A DNA stretch of 64,000 bases from contig LBWK01000001.1 in assembly GCA_000993565.1 (NCBI GenBank), forward strand, positions 84,869 through 148,868, in the 5' to 3' direction. Both the position numbers and the translations under genes were made by a program. This document shows, piece by piece, positions 55,610 to 64,000 of the stretch; within the stretch, counting starts at the first letter, position 1; every line of letters begins with the position of its first letter. Under the pieces are notes generated by a model. The model had not been told where the DNA came from and made no database searches. It saw only the letters and a list, made by a program, of their open reading frames with translations. The DNA comes from a candidate division WS6 bacterium GW2011_GWF2_39_15 (GTDB taxonomy: Bacteria > Patescibacteriota > Dojkabacteria > SC72).

Positions 55610-56932
55610 ATGCAAAAGATATACCGATTTCCTACAAACTTTCTCTGGGGGGCAAGTACAGCTGCACATCAAATAGAAGGAGACTGTACAAATGATTGGA
55701 GTGTATGGGAAAAGAAAAATGCCCAACGACTTGCAAAACAGGCCATACGGATATATAGACACCTTCCCAAATGGGATAGATTAAAGGAACAGGCACAGAA
55801 TCCTGCGAATTATATTTCAGGGAAATCAATTGACGGTTATAACCGTTACAGGGAGGATATGAACCTTCTCAAAGATATTGGGCTTAATTCGTACAGGTTC
55901 TCAATCGAATGGTCCAGAATCGAGCCAGAAGAGGGAGCATATGACGAAAAGGAGATTCAGCACTATCTGGAACAGCTGGAGTATATTAAATCAAAAGGGA
56001 TTGCAACAGTTGTTACTATCTGGCACTGGACAATTCCAACCTGGCTTGCAAATAAAAAAGGAGTTTTGTATCCAAACTTTCAAAAATCCTTTGTTGCTTT
56101 TGCAACTTTATTGGCAAAACGGCTTGGGAAGTATGTAGACTACTGGATTACACTCAATGAACCAGATGTTTATACAATGCAATCTTATCTGCAAGGTTTC
56201 CGCCCCCCAAGAAAGAAAAACTTTCTTAAAACACTTTATATCTACTTCATTTTACTCCCCAATGTACACAATGAGACTTATGATGCTATAAAGGAAGTTC
56301 TGCCTAAAAGCAAAATAAGTCTATCAAAACAGTTTGTAGGATATACCGCTATTGGAAACACTTTTGAAAACAGACTGATTGTTTTACTTGCACAGTTCTT
56401 TACCAATGATCTTTTCATGAACAGAGTCAAATCACATTTGGATTTTGTAGGAATTAATCATTACTTTACAACCAGAATAAATCTGTTTAGAGTAAAAACG
56501 CTTCTATTTAAATCCGCTCTAAACGAGTTCAAATATCTAGATCCACAAAATCGCATCTATTCGGATTTCGGGTGGGAACTTTACCCTAAAAGCCTTTATC
56601 TTGCTCTGAAGGATCTCAGGAAATATAAGCTTCCTGTAATGATAACGGAACACGGACTGGCGGACTCAGAAGACATTTATAGAAAGTGGTTTATAAAAGA
56701 CTCTCTCAAATACTTAGCAAAAGCTATGAACGAAGGAGTTAACGTGATCGGGTATCATCACTGGTCTCTATTAGATAACTTCGAATGGGATCAGGGCTTC
56801 TGGCCGCAGTTCGGGCTAATTGCTGTCAACAGAAAGACAATGGAGAGAAAAATAAGGAAAAGTGCCTTTACATACGGTAATATCGCGAGAAAAAATACAA
56901 TTAATCTACCTGAACATGAAGACGAAAAATAA
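55610..56932 (+). CDS. Glycoside hydrolase family 1 (beta-glucosidase-like)
   Basis: 440 aa. The N-terminal FPTNFLWGASTAAHQIEGD is the GH1 signature. TLNEPD carries the acid/base Glu and ITEHG the nucleophile Glu. Confidence 0.75.
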   Translation: MQKIYRFPTNFLWGASTAAHQIEGDCTNDWSVWEKKNAQRLAKQAIRIYRHLPKWDRLKEQAQNPANYISGKSIDGYNRYREDMNLLKDIGLNSYRFSIEWSRIEPEEGAYDEKEIQHYLEQLEYIKSKGIATVVTIWHWTIPTWLANKKGVLYPNFQKSFVAFATLLAKRLGKYVDYWITLNEPDVYTMQSYLQGFRPPRKKNFLKTLYIYFILLPNVHNETYDAIKEVLPKSKISLSKQFVGYTAIGNTFENRLIVLLAQFFTNDLFMNRVKSHLDFVGINHYFTTRINLFRVKTLLFKSALNEFKYLDPQNRIYSDFGWELYPKSLYLALKDLRKYKLPVMITEHGLADSEDIYRKWFIKDSLKYLAKAMNEGVNVIGYHHWSLLDNFEWDQGFWPQFGLIAVNRKTMERKIRKSAFTYGNIARKNTINLPEHEDEK

Positions 56933-57686
56933 AGAGTATTCCATCAAGGACTACGTGCTCGAGTATATGTTTATAACTCGTACCGGGCGACTCATCAGTT
57001 TCTCATACATTGTTATTGGAGTTTTCCTTCTCGGAGGCTACCAAGCCATAAATTATAATTACGGAAAACTCTTTGAAACGTTCCTGTTTGCTGGAGTTTT
57101 AGCTTATGGAGGTGTTTATGCCTTTAATAAATATACCGATTACACTGAGGACCAAAAGGTAGAGTACAAGTCAAAGAAAAGCAAAATTTTTGAAATATTC
57201 AGCAGAGACGATACTCTAGTTATTGCAATAGTAAATATGCTCTTAGGTTCAGTTCTGACACATCTCTTTTTACCTCAAATATTTGTTACAACCATTTCGC
57301 TTATTACCATTAATATAATATATTCCATTTACCTCAAGAAGTTTAATAGGCTTCTTGCCGTACTTCTAATATCAACAACCGGCCCACTGAAATTACTAAT
57401 TGGTATGCAGATTATAGGAGGTTCGCTAGAGCCGATTATTCCTATCCTCTTTACACATTTTTCGCTTTCCCTTGCCGTGCATATCTATAAACAACAACTA
57501 AAAGGATACCTAACGGACCAATGGTATAACCGAGTTCAAGTAGTCATCCTATGTCTTGTGCTAGTTTTCAGTTTATATATCTATACAGTACTTCAAAACA
57601 TAGTTCCTCTACTTTTTTCAATCATTGGAATTTCATCATGGACAATTTTCAGATATACTGGGTTTAAGAAAATATTTTTGCACTAA
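56916..57686 (+). CDS. UbiA-like prenyltransferase-family membrane protein (tentative)
   Basis: Polytopic. NKYTDYTEDQK resembles the UbiA NxxxDxxxD motif. The start is ambiguous (56862, 56916 or 56964) and the gene overlaps the end of the GH1 gene. Confidence 0.35.
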   Translation: MKTKNKEYSIKDYVLEYMFITRTGRLISFSYIVIGVFLLGGYQAINYNYGKLFETFLFAGVLAYGGVYAFNKYTDYTEDQKVEYKSKKSKIFEIFSRDDTLVIAIVNMLLGSVLTHLFLPQIFVTTISLITINIIYSIYLKKFNRLLAVLLISTTGPLKLLIGMQIIGGSLEPIIPILFTHFSLSLAVHIYKQQLKGYLTDQWYNRVQVVILCLVLVFSLYIYTVLQNIVPLLFSIIGISSWTIFRYTGFKKIFLH

Positions 57687-57693
57687 AATTATA

Positions 57694-58374
57694 ATGTCTC
57701 TTAGATCATGCTTGAGTAGATTTAAAGAAGAAAAGCTGCCATTCTCGCACCAGTCATATTCAACACTCAAACTTGGTGCCAGAGAAATAGTCCTTTCGGA
57801 AATCATGCATACAATTGATAATGATACTGAAAGGAGAATCCGCAGAAGAGAATATATTGTAGATAAGGCTAAATATGCGACGGTCCTTTATGACAAGACT
57901 GGTAAATCAATAACCACAAGCATAATCCGCGACCTTTTTCACAACATTGGTTTTAATACCGATACAGTGTTTGGTGAGCCGCACAATGCCGATGTAACAT
58001 GCACGGCTAATATAGGTGGCTATATATTTCCATTCTGGAGAAGTTTTATATACCTCATAAATAAAAGTTCCCCCACTAGAATTCTGCTGACTCAGCGTTT
58101 AGGACCGGGAAGGAAAAGACTCCATGTCAGGCTTTTCAACAGCGATGACGGCTCATGGATAGTAATCACACATGTGGACCATTCCAACTGGTTCAATTTT
58201 CTCGACCCTATACAATCTGTCAAATCCCATTTCGTGAAAGCGACAGGTGACTATGAACTAGGAAACAAAATGCTGGAAAGCATAATTACACAGACGTTGC
58301 GAAACTTTGATAATCAGAAGCATCTCCATTTAGACATTAACCAGATATATTTAGACAATGTTAAACAAATCTGA
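57694..58374 (+). CDS. Hypothetical protein upstream of and overlapping the DUF2779 gene
   Basis: About 226 aa from MSLRSCLSRF. Features include HNADVTCTANIGGY and ..SWIVITHVDHSNWF, with no motif I can assign. The first 23 codons of the ORF-track call overlap the preceding gene and are probably not coding. Confidence 0.35.
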   Translation: MSLRSCLSRFKEEKLPFSHQSYSTLKLGAREIVLSEIMHTIDNDTERRIRRREYIVDKAKYATVLYDKTGKSITTSIIRDLFHNIGFNTDTVFGEPHNADVTCTANIGGYIFPFWRSFIYLINKSSPTRILLTQRLGPGRKRLHVRLFNSDDGSWIVITHVDHSNWFNFLDPIQSVKSHFVKATGDYELGNKMLESIITQTLRNFDNQKHLHLDINQIYLDNVKQI

Positions 58375-59755
58375 ATTCCTAATATTTCTTGATTCGCCTC
58401 TACACTTCTGGGCCTACAAGCACGGTCTGTATACAAGTCCAAAAAGTGAACTTGCGGAACAGTTCAAACGACAGGGATATGATGTTGAAACTTGTGTCGC
58501 GGAGTATTTTCGAGCATTAATTCCACAAGGAGTAATAGAGCAAAAAACCTTTTTTACAAAGGAGCTCGAATGCAGAACGGATTTTCTTGTTTACGATGAA
58601 GGAACCAATTCATACGACCTTTATGAGGTTAAAAGCAGCACTGATGTTAAGCTGGATCACGAGTATGACATACTATTCCAATACATTGTAGCTTCCCAGA
58701 CAATCACAATCCGAAATCTTTACATTGTATATCTGAATAAGGAGTATGAAAGGGGAGCAGTACTGGATTTCGAACAACTCTTTAAAATCCGAGATGTTAC
58801 AGATCTCATTACAACTAGAAATGACGAAGTCGAAAGATTAATAAATGATGCCTTGAATATTGCAACAAAGGATTCGCCTGATGGCTTACTCGAGTGTTTC
58901 AAACCTAAAAACTGTCCCTGCCCCCAGCTTTGTTTTCCACTGCTGCCTGAATACTCAATCTACAGTCTTTCAAATTGCAGTGAGAAAATGACTCGAGAAC
59001 TCCGTGCTTCTGGAATCCTTGATATTAACGATATTCCCGACTCATTTAATCTAAGCCATAAACAAAGAATCCAGCTGATTTCTACAAAGCTTAAAAGCCC
59101 TGTAATTGATACACAAAGAATTGCAGAATTCATATCTAGAATTCAATTTCCGCTTCATTTTCTTGACTACGAGTCATATTCCTGGTCTATACCCCAATAC
59201 AATCGACATAGGGTTTATGAGAATGTCGTCTTTCAATATTCATTACATATTCAAAAGACAAGGAACAGCACATTAGATCACCACGAGTACCTTGCAATCA
59301 CCACAGATGATCCAATTAAGCTAATTGCAAAAGACATTACTGAAAAGATTAATGGCTCCGGAAGCATCCTTGTATGGAACAAAGATTTCGAGAAACGATG
59401 TAATAGAGACATGGCAAGAATATACCCGGAATATAGAGAGAAACTCTATAGTATTAATGAAAGGATTATAGATTTAGGAGATATCTTCAGTAAGCAAATG
59501 TATGTAGATTACAGATTCAAGGGTAGCTGGAGTATTAAAAATATACTCCCCGTATTAGTTCCAGATCTGGATTACAAGAAAATGGAGATCTCTAACGGCA
59601 CATTAGCAATGACAACATGGGAATCCATTGTGTACGGTAACCTAATCCCGCAAAAGAAAAACCTCTTAATAGATGCTTTATTAAAATACTGTGAGCTTGA
59701 TACGTACGCAATGTATAGAATACTGGAAGAAGTGATAAAGAGGCTCACTATTTAA
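58358..59755 (+). CDS. DUF2779-type protein: PD-(D/E)xK nuclease N-domain, Cys4 cluster, DEDD-like exonuclease C-domain
   Basis: 465 aa. The N-terminal TDFLVYDEG...DLYEVKSST gives D...ExK, followed by QYIV. The Cys4 cluster is CFKPKNCPCPQLC. The C-terminal FLDYESYSW (DxE), VWNKDFEKRC and ELDTYAMYRIL are DnaQ-like Exo I/II/III-like blocks. Confidence 0.5.
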   Translation: MLNKSEFLIFLDSPLHFWAYKHGLYTSPKSELAEQFKRQGYDVETCVAEYFRALIPQGVIEQKTFFTKELECRTDFLVYDEGTNSYDLYEVKSSTDVKLDHEYDILFQYIVASQTITIRNLYIVYLNKEYERGAVLDFEQLFKIRDVTDLITTRNDEVERLINDALNIATKDSPDGLLECFKPKNCPCPQLCFPLLPEYSIYSLSNCSEKMTRELRASGILDINDIPDSFNLSHKQRIQLISTKLKSPVIDTQRIAEFISRIQFPLHFLDYESYSWSIPQYNRHRVYENVVFQYSLHIQKTRNSTLDHHEYLAITTDDPIKLIAKDITEKINGSGSILVWNKDFEKRCNRDMARIYPEYREKLYSINERIIDLGDIFSKQMYVDYRFKGSWSIKNILPVLVPDLDYKKMEISNGTLAMTTWESIVYGNLIPQKKNLLIDALLKYCELDTYAMYRILEEVIKRLTI

Positions 59756-60491
59756 CTTTTTTGGAATGTACAATAGTAATAGTATCCGCTGTAACATATG
59801 ATATACCCCTCTGCCTACATCTTTGTTTCAAGCCTATTTTAAATATCCCTTCAGTTGGCGAAGTAGGACCCCTATCAGAAATAATAACTATTCTTAAACC
59901 CGTTTTTCCAAGATCTGTTTCGGAATGAACTTGTTTAAACCAATCTATTAGAGGATCATATTTACTTACACTAGAAGGATACCTACTCTTAAGAACATAG
60001 AAAGTAAATGCATCACTGAGAAGGTATGGTACTAATCTATCCATTTTTTGAAAAACCTCAAGAGACATACCTCGTTCACTAAGACGATCTTTAATTTGTG
60101 CAATTAAATATCCGCTATTGAAAAGGTGTGACCTTTCATCGCGATTAGTAACTATAGCCATTGCACCTTCGAAGAGAGCATCTAACTCCACCAGGGCGTC
60201 TAAGTTAAGTTCGGGGACTAATTCATCATCTGGAAGCATCTGCTTTACTAAGGATTCAAATGAACTTCTAAGGGCACCGATCGGCAATTGGTGAATAAAG
60301 CCAACCAAATTGGCCGTGATCGTCATGTCAGCATCAATTAAAAGTACTGGAGTGTATCCGTCATGAGACTCACTTAAAATATTTATAGCTGAGTCTTTGG
60401 CCTCAGGAAGACTTCCTACCTTAAGTTTAACTTCTAGAGGGCGTTTTTCGTTTTCCTTTGAATTTGTGGCTACCCACTGGAAATCCGACAT
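59748..60491 (-). CDS. Hypothetical protein with HAD-like motif I (tentative)
   Basis: 247 aa. VLLIDADMTIT fits DxDxT, and AIVTNRDE could be motif II. It is convergent with the DUF2779 gene and overlaps it by 8 nt. Confidence 0.3.
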   Translation of the reverse strand: MSDFQWVATNSKENEKRPLEVKLKVGSLPEAKDSAINILSESHDGYTPVLLIDADMTITANLVGFIHQLPIGALRSSFESLVKQMLPDDELVPELNLDALVELDALFEGAMAIVTNRDERSHLFNSGYLIAQIKDRLSERGMSLEVFQKMDRLVPYLLSDAFTFYVLKSRYPSSVSKYDPLIDWFKQVHSETDLGKTGLRIVIISDRGPTSPTEGIFKIGLKQRCRQRGISYVTADTITIVHSKKVK

Positions 60492-60667
60492 AAATTTGCA
60501 AATGATTTAAGGGTTAAGATTCTACCCTAAAATTCCCTCCTTGCCAACCAAAAAGGCACAAAATATAACCGATAATTTTACATATAGAGTATATACTACA
60601 GGCGGTTTCCTTCAAAAAGCCTCTTATGATATGATAAAGAGAGACATACCATCAAATATGAGTAAAA

Positions 60668-61387
60668 ATGAGAAAACCTATAGACCTTCACAACCTCTTA
60701 AAGGGGAAAATAGGGGATTTCAGAGTCAAAGAGTCTGTTGATACGAAAAAGCTATATCTACCTCCTGGAGAGTACTTAGAGGGACGTAAAATGCCACATC
60801 CTGCGGTCACAGTAACTCAAAAGAAACAGTATATGTCATCAAACTATCTCCAATCCGGCTGCTCGATCGTTGCAATAGATTATATTGCTGATATAAAACA
60901 GGTAAAAATACCTATAAAGGAGATCGAACAGATAGCAACAAAATATGGCTTCGGATACTATGGAATTAGTGACAGCGGTATTGTAGATACGCTTAAGGAC
61001 ATTGGTATTGAGTCAAGAATTGAATACATGAGAGACGGGAACCAGCTATCCACTCTCTTTCCTGATAATTACTTAATTGCAAGCATCTGGGCAAATTACC
61101 GTAAGCCTAGACTCGCATTTAAACTTGATTCGCAAGAGTGGGATGGGGGACACTATGTAGTCTTTACCGATACATTTGAATATAACAACAAAAGATACTT
61201 CTACACAGTTGATGAGTCCGAAATAGACAGTGACAGCAGATGGGGATATAGTGGGATTGGAATAAACGGGTACGAACATATCCGGTACACTTATACAAAC
61301 CAAAGGACGGCATCAATTAATATATCCGGTATATGTCTCGGAAATACTACCTGGACGGCCGGCTTGGTAATTGTAATTAAGAAGTAA
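60668..61387 (+). CDS. Papain-like cysteine peptidase, C39-like (Peptidase_C39_2) domain protein
   Basis: 239 aa. SNYLQSGCSIVAIDYI supplies the Gln/Cys nucleophile context as in C39. GGHYVVF supplies the catalytic His. No ABC exporter domain is fused. Confidence 0.45.
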   Translation: MRKPIDLHNLLKGKIGDFRVKESVDTKKLYLPPGEYLEGRKMPHPAVTVTQKKQYMSSNYLQSGCSIVAIDYIADIKQVKIPIKEIEQIATKYGFGYYGISDSGIVDTLKDIGIESRIEYMRDGNQLSTLFPDNYLIASIWANYRKPRLAFKLDSQEWDGGHYVVFTDTFEYNNKRYFYTVDESEIDSDSRWGYSGIGINGYEHIRYTYTNQRTASINISGICLGNTTWTAGLVIVIKK

Positions 61388-61394
61388 CAAATAC

Positions 61395-62069
61395 ATGCTT
61401 AAAATCAATCTATCTGAAATAGAGGTCGGTAAAAAGCTCCTTCTCAGAAATATTGTCTTAAATATTTCACCCGGGACAATAACCATCTTAACAGGTTCAA
61501 ATGGGGCAGGGAAAAGCACAATAGCAAAAGCCATAATGGGTAACCCCGACATTAAAACCGTAGGGGAGATATACATAGATGATTCCAATATAACAGCGTT
61601 TAATCCATATCTGAGAGCTCAAAAAGGAATTTATCTTTCACACCAAAACCCTATAGGTATAAATGGAATAAAGCTGGGTACATTTCTCCGCACTACATAT
61701 ATGCAGATGGAGTATATTAAGAGAAAAACAGACTTACTAACTTTTCGTAAAACAACAAAGTCTCTTTGCAAAGAGTTAGGACTCAGTACAGACATCCTCG
61801 AGAGGGATCTCAATGTCGGATACTCTGGAGGAGAAATGAAAAAAGTAGAGTTTCTTCAGCTCCTGCTTCTCAGTCCTAAATACGCAATTCTGGATGAAAT
61901 TGATTCAGGTTTGGACGCAATATCCCGCAAAAGGATCTTCAAATACCTCAGTGACCTTGTACAGAAAGGACTTGGGGTACTCCTAATCACACACAGGGAA
62001 AACATAGACAAAGAATTAAAAGTCGTACAAACATACAAATTGGAAAATAAAACTCTTACAAATGTATAA
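61395..62069 (+). CDS. sufC: Fe-S cluster assembly ATPase SufC
   Basis: 224 aa. GSNGAGKSTIAKAIMGNPDIKTVGEIYIDD...GIYLSHQNPIGINGI matches the SufC-specific pattern around Walker A. LDEIDSGLD is Walker B. Confidence 0.8.
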   Translation: MLKINLSEIEVGKKLLLRNIVLNISPGTITILTGSNGAGKSTIAKAIMGNPDIKTVGEIYIDDSNITAFNPYLRAQKGIYLSHQNPIGINGIKLGTFLRTTYMQMEYIKRKTDLLTFRKTTKSLCKELGLSTDILERDLNVGYSGGEMKKVEFLQLLLLSPKYAILDEIDSGLDAISRKRIFKYLSDLVQKGLGVLLITHRENIDKELKVVQTYKLENKTLTNV

Positions 62070-63396
62070 GTATCCTTTAAGCGAACAGACTATTCATGAA
62101 ATATCAGAAATAAAAGAAGAACCCTTGTGGGTTCTGAATAAACGACTTGAAGCATATAAAATTTTTCTTCAAAAGCCTTTACCTACATGGGGAGTAGATT
62201 TATCAACCTTAGATTTCACACAAATACAATACTTCACTCCAACTCAAAGTACTAAACATAAATGGTCTGATGTCCCAGAAGGAATTATAAAAGATTTTGA
62301 AAGGATAGGAGTTCCTGGTAGAGAACGAAAGTACTTGGCCGGCGTATCTACACAGTATGACTCGGGGGTTATATATCACAGACTAAAAGACCGCTTCTCC
62401 AAATATGGAATTATTTTTGAAAGTATTGAGAACGGACTGAAGATGTATCCTGAACTATTTAAGAAGTATTTTGGTACTTTAATAACCAGTGAAGATAATA
62501 AGTTTGCCGCCTTAAACACTGCTTTTTGGAGCGGGGGTAGTTTCGTTTATATCCCAAAAGGAATAAACCTGGAAATACCAATTGAAACATACTTTAGAAT
62601 TAATGCAAAAGCGTTGGGACAGTTTGAACGCACCCTCATCATTGCAGATAAAGGATCCTTTGTACACTACATAGAAGGATGTACTGCTCCGCAATACTTG
62701 GAATCATCACTTCACAGTGCTGTAGTTGAAATATTTGCCATGAAAGGAGCAACGGTTAAATATACCACTCTCCAAAACTGGTCAAAGAATGTCTACAATT
62801 TAGTTACCAAACGTGCCCTAACAGAGGAGAATGCCCATGTTGAGTGGGTTGACTGCAATATAGGTTCCCGTTATACGATGAAATACCCTTCCGTCGTGCT
62901 TAAGGGCGACAATTCAAGTGGGAAACTCATCTCCTTAGCTCTAGCATCAGAGAATCAAAACATTGATAGTGGAGGAAAAATGATACACATTGGTAGAGGG
63001 ACGAAAAGCACAATCATTTCCAAAACAATATGTCAGAAAGGTGGCACATCAACATATAGAGGGCTAAGCAAAATCACTCCTAATGCATTTAACTCCCGTG
63101 CCTATATTGACTGCGAATCACTACTCCTTGATTCAGACTCCCTGTCACAATCTCTTCCTACGGATGAGGTGAAAAATAATAGCTCAATATTGGAACATGA
63201 GGCTTTTGTATCAAGTATTTCCAAATCCCAGCTTTACTATTTAATGTCAAAGGGTTATACATCAGAACAGGCACGAGATCTGATTGTCCAAGGATTTGCC
63301 AGTTCAGTCCTCGATCTTCTACCTTGGGAATACTCAGTGGAATTAGAAAGGATTCTTTTTCATTTTTCAAAGGAGGAAGAAAATGAAAAGAACTAA
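62062..63396 (+). CDS. sufB: Fe-S cluster assembly protein SufB
   Basis: 444 aa. It has the SufB/SufD beta-helix core with conserved C-terminal blocks. It sits immediately after sufC with an 8-nt overlap. Confidence 0.75.
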   Translation: MYKYPLSEQTIHEISEIKEEPLWVLNKRLEAYKIFLQKPLPTWGVDLSTLDFTQIQYFTPTQSTKHKWSDVPEGIIKDFERIGVPGRERKYLAGVSTQYDSGVIYHRLKDRFSKYGIIFESIENGLKMYPELFKKYFGTLITSEDNKFAALNTAFWSGGSFVYIPKGINLEIPIETYFRINAKALGQFERTLIIADKGSFVHYIEGCTAPQYLESSLHSAVVEIFAMKGATVKYTTLQNWSKNVYNLVTKRALTEENAHVEWVDCNIGSRYTMKYPSVVLKGDNSSGKLISLALASENQNIDSGGKMIHIGRGTKSTIISKTICQKGGTSTYRGLSKITPNAFNSRAYIDCESLLLDSDSLSQSLPTDEVKNNSSILEHEAFVSSISKSQLYYLMSKGYTSEQARDLIVQGFASSVLDLLPWEYSVELERILFHFSKEEENEKN

Positions 63397-63820
63397 GATT
63401 AAGCTTACAAAAGACCGCAGAATATTTGTCAAACAGAGCACCGTTTACGTCATAAGCTTAGTAGGGGAAATTAGCTTTGAAGGATCTATTGAATTCATAC
63501 AGAAGGCTGAAAACATAAATATAGAGGTATATATAAATAGTTTTCTCGAAGGTAATAGCGGGTTAGTTCTTGAAGTACTTTTCAGAAACTATAGTCATAA
63601 CAATATCGGGAAATATAACCTGCAATCAAGAGTAATTATCGATGGAAACAGTTCAGCAACTATTCGCCCGATCTTAATAGTCGGTAGCAAGGAATATCAG
63701 GCTAATCATAAGCTTTCTGTAGGGGGAATTGATTCCGCAGCTTCACAATATCTAAATACAAAAGGTTTAGACAGAACCCAGATTAAAAAGCTCATAAAAG
63801 AAAGTTTCATCAATTTCTAA
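63383..63820 (+). CDS. Truncated SufD-like protein (C-terminal SufB/D domain only)
   Basis: 145 aa. The C-terminal HKLSVGGIDSAASQYLNTKGLDRTQIKKLIKESF matches the conserved SufB/SufD C-terminal helix region (H...G.ld.e.lFYL.SRGl....A..LL..gF). Confidence 0.45.
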   Translation: MKRTKIKLTKDRRIFVKQSTVYVISLVGEISFEGSIEFIQKAENINIEVYINSFLEGNSGLVLEVLFRNYSHNNIGKYNLQSRVIIDGNSSATIRPILIVGSKEYQANHKLSVGGIDSAASQYLNTKGLDRTQIKKLIKESFINF

Positions 63821-63823
63821 TTT

Positions 63824-64000
63824 CTAATTTCAACTCTATCTACATATTTACCCACTATCTCTGCGAACTCATTAAGCTCTTGCGATGTATAGCTTTTTGA
63901 ACTATCCAAAGTAGGATCAATACTTTTACCTGCTCGAAAATTTTGGATGTAGTAAACGGGAGATCCTTTTATTAAGAGCCCTATTTTCTTCATTACCTCA
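63824..64000 (-). CDS. Open reading frame running in from beyond the window end (5' partial), unknown function
   Basis: The reverse-strand frame is open from 64000 to a TAG at 63826..63824. An internal ATG sits at 63993..63991. The peptide is ...MKKIGLLIKGSPVYYIQNFRAGKSIDPTLDSSKSYTSQELNEFAEIVGKYVDRVEIRN. It is too short within the window to classify. Confidence 0.2.

Noticed and set aside
1-64000. Search for CRISPR arrays, rRNA genes, transposases/integrases and long direct or inverted repeats
   Set aside because: I saw no regularly spaced direct repeats, no rRNA-like conserved stretches and no DDE, tyrosine or serine recombinase motifs in any translated frame provided. The only notable repeats are the tRNA-Gly arm identities and the in-gene 9-bp tandem repeat.

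Overview
This is a 64 kb AT-rich bacterial chromosomal segment that is very gene-dense, with many 4-50 nt overlaps between neighbouring genes on both strands. I estimate the GC content by eye at roughly 35-40%; I did not compute it. Standard stop codons give long clean ORFs, so translation table 11 applies.

Housekeeping genes I recognise:
- the gatB-gatC-gatA amidotransferase operon;
- rnhB, mnmA, gpmI and rplS;
- an SOS-type DNA-repair set (dnaE, uvrC, uvrB, mutL, lexA);
- rsmI, sodA and a family-II pyrophosphatase;
- two ABC transporters, a GH1 glycosidase and a minimal sufC-sufB-short sufD cluster.

Seven tRNA genes are scattered through the window: Leu-TAG, Thr-CGT, Gly-CCC, Lys-TTT, Gly-TCC, Gln-TTG and Pro-TGG. 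I found no rRNA, no CRISPR array and no recognisable transposase or integrase.

A large share of the window encodes envelope proteins and peptidoglycan hydrolases:
- three paralogous SLT/lysozyme-like domains;
- an M23 peptidase and an orphan C39-like peptidase;
- an HtrA-like membrane protease.

The candidates most worth a second look:
(a) a tightly overlapping seven-gene minus-strand operon at 23663-28959, encoding uncharacterised envelope proteins, among them a membrane-anchored HEPN-like protein and a transglutaminase-like protein whose catalytic Cys is replaced by Ser;
(b) a tRNA-Gln-linked insertion between uvrC and uvrB that carries a 1091-aa surface protein built from a novel Cys-rich repeat module, an SLT-like domain and a Pro/Thr/Ser linker encoded by 9-bp tandem repeats;
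(c) a DUF2779-type dual-nuclease locus at 57694-60491;
(d) a YtxH / SPFH / Tim44-like / TehB-like membrane-stress operon at 7756-10681;
(e) a three-gene glycosylation module at 12092-15759 (flippase-like, GT2 and GT-C genes), likely transferring sugar from a polyprenyl-phosphate carrier.

The gene content suggests a small-genome, host-associated organism, possibly CPR/Patescibacteria-like, but that is inference only. All calls come from reading the provided translations for motifs; I ran no database searches.
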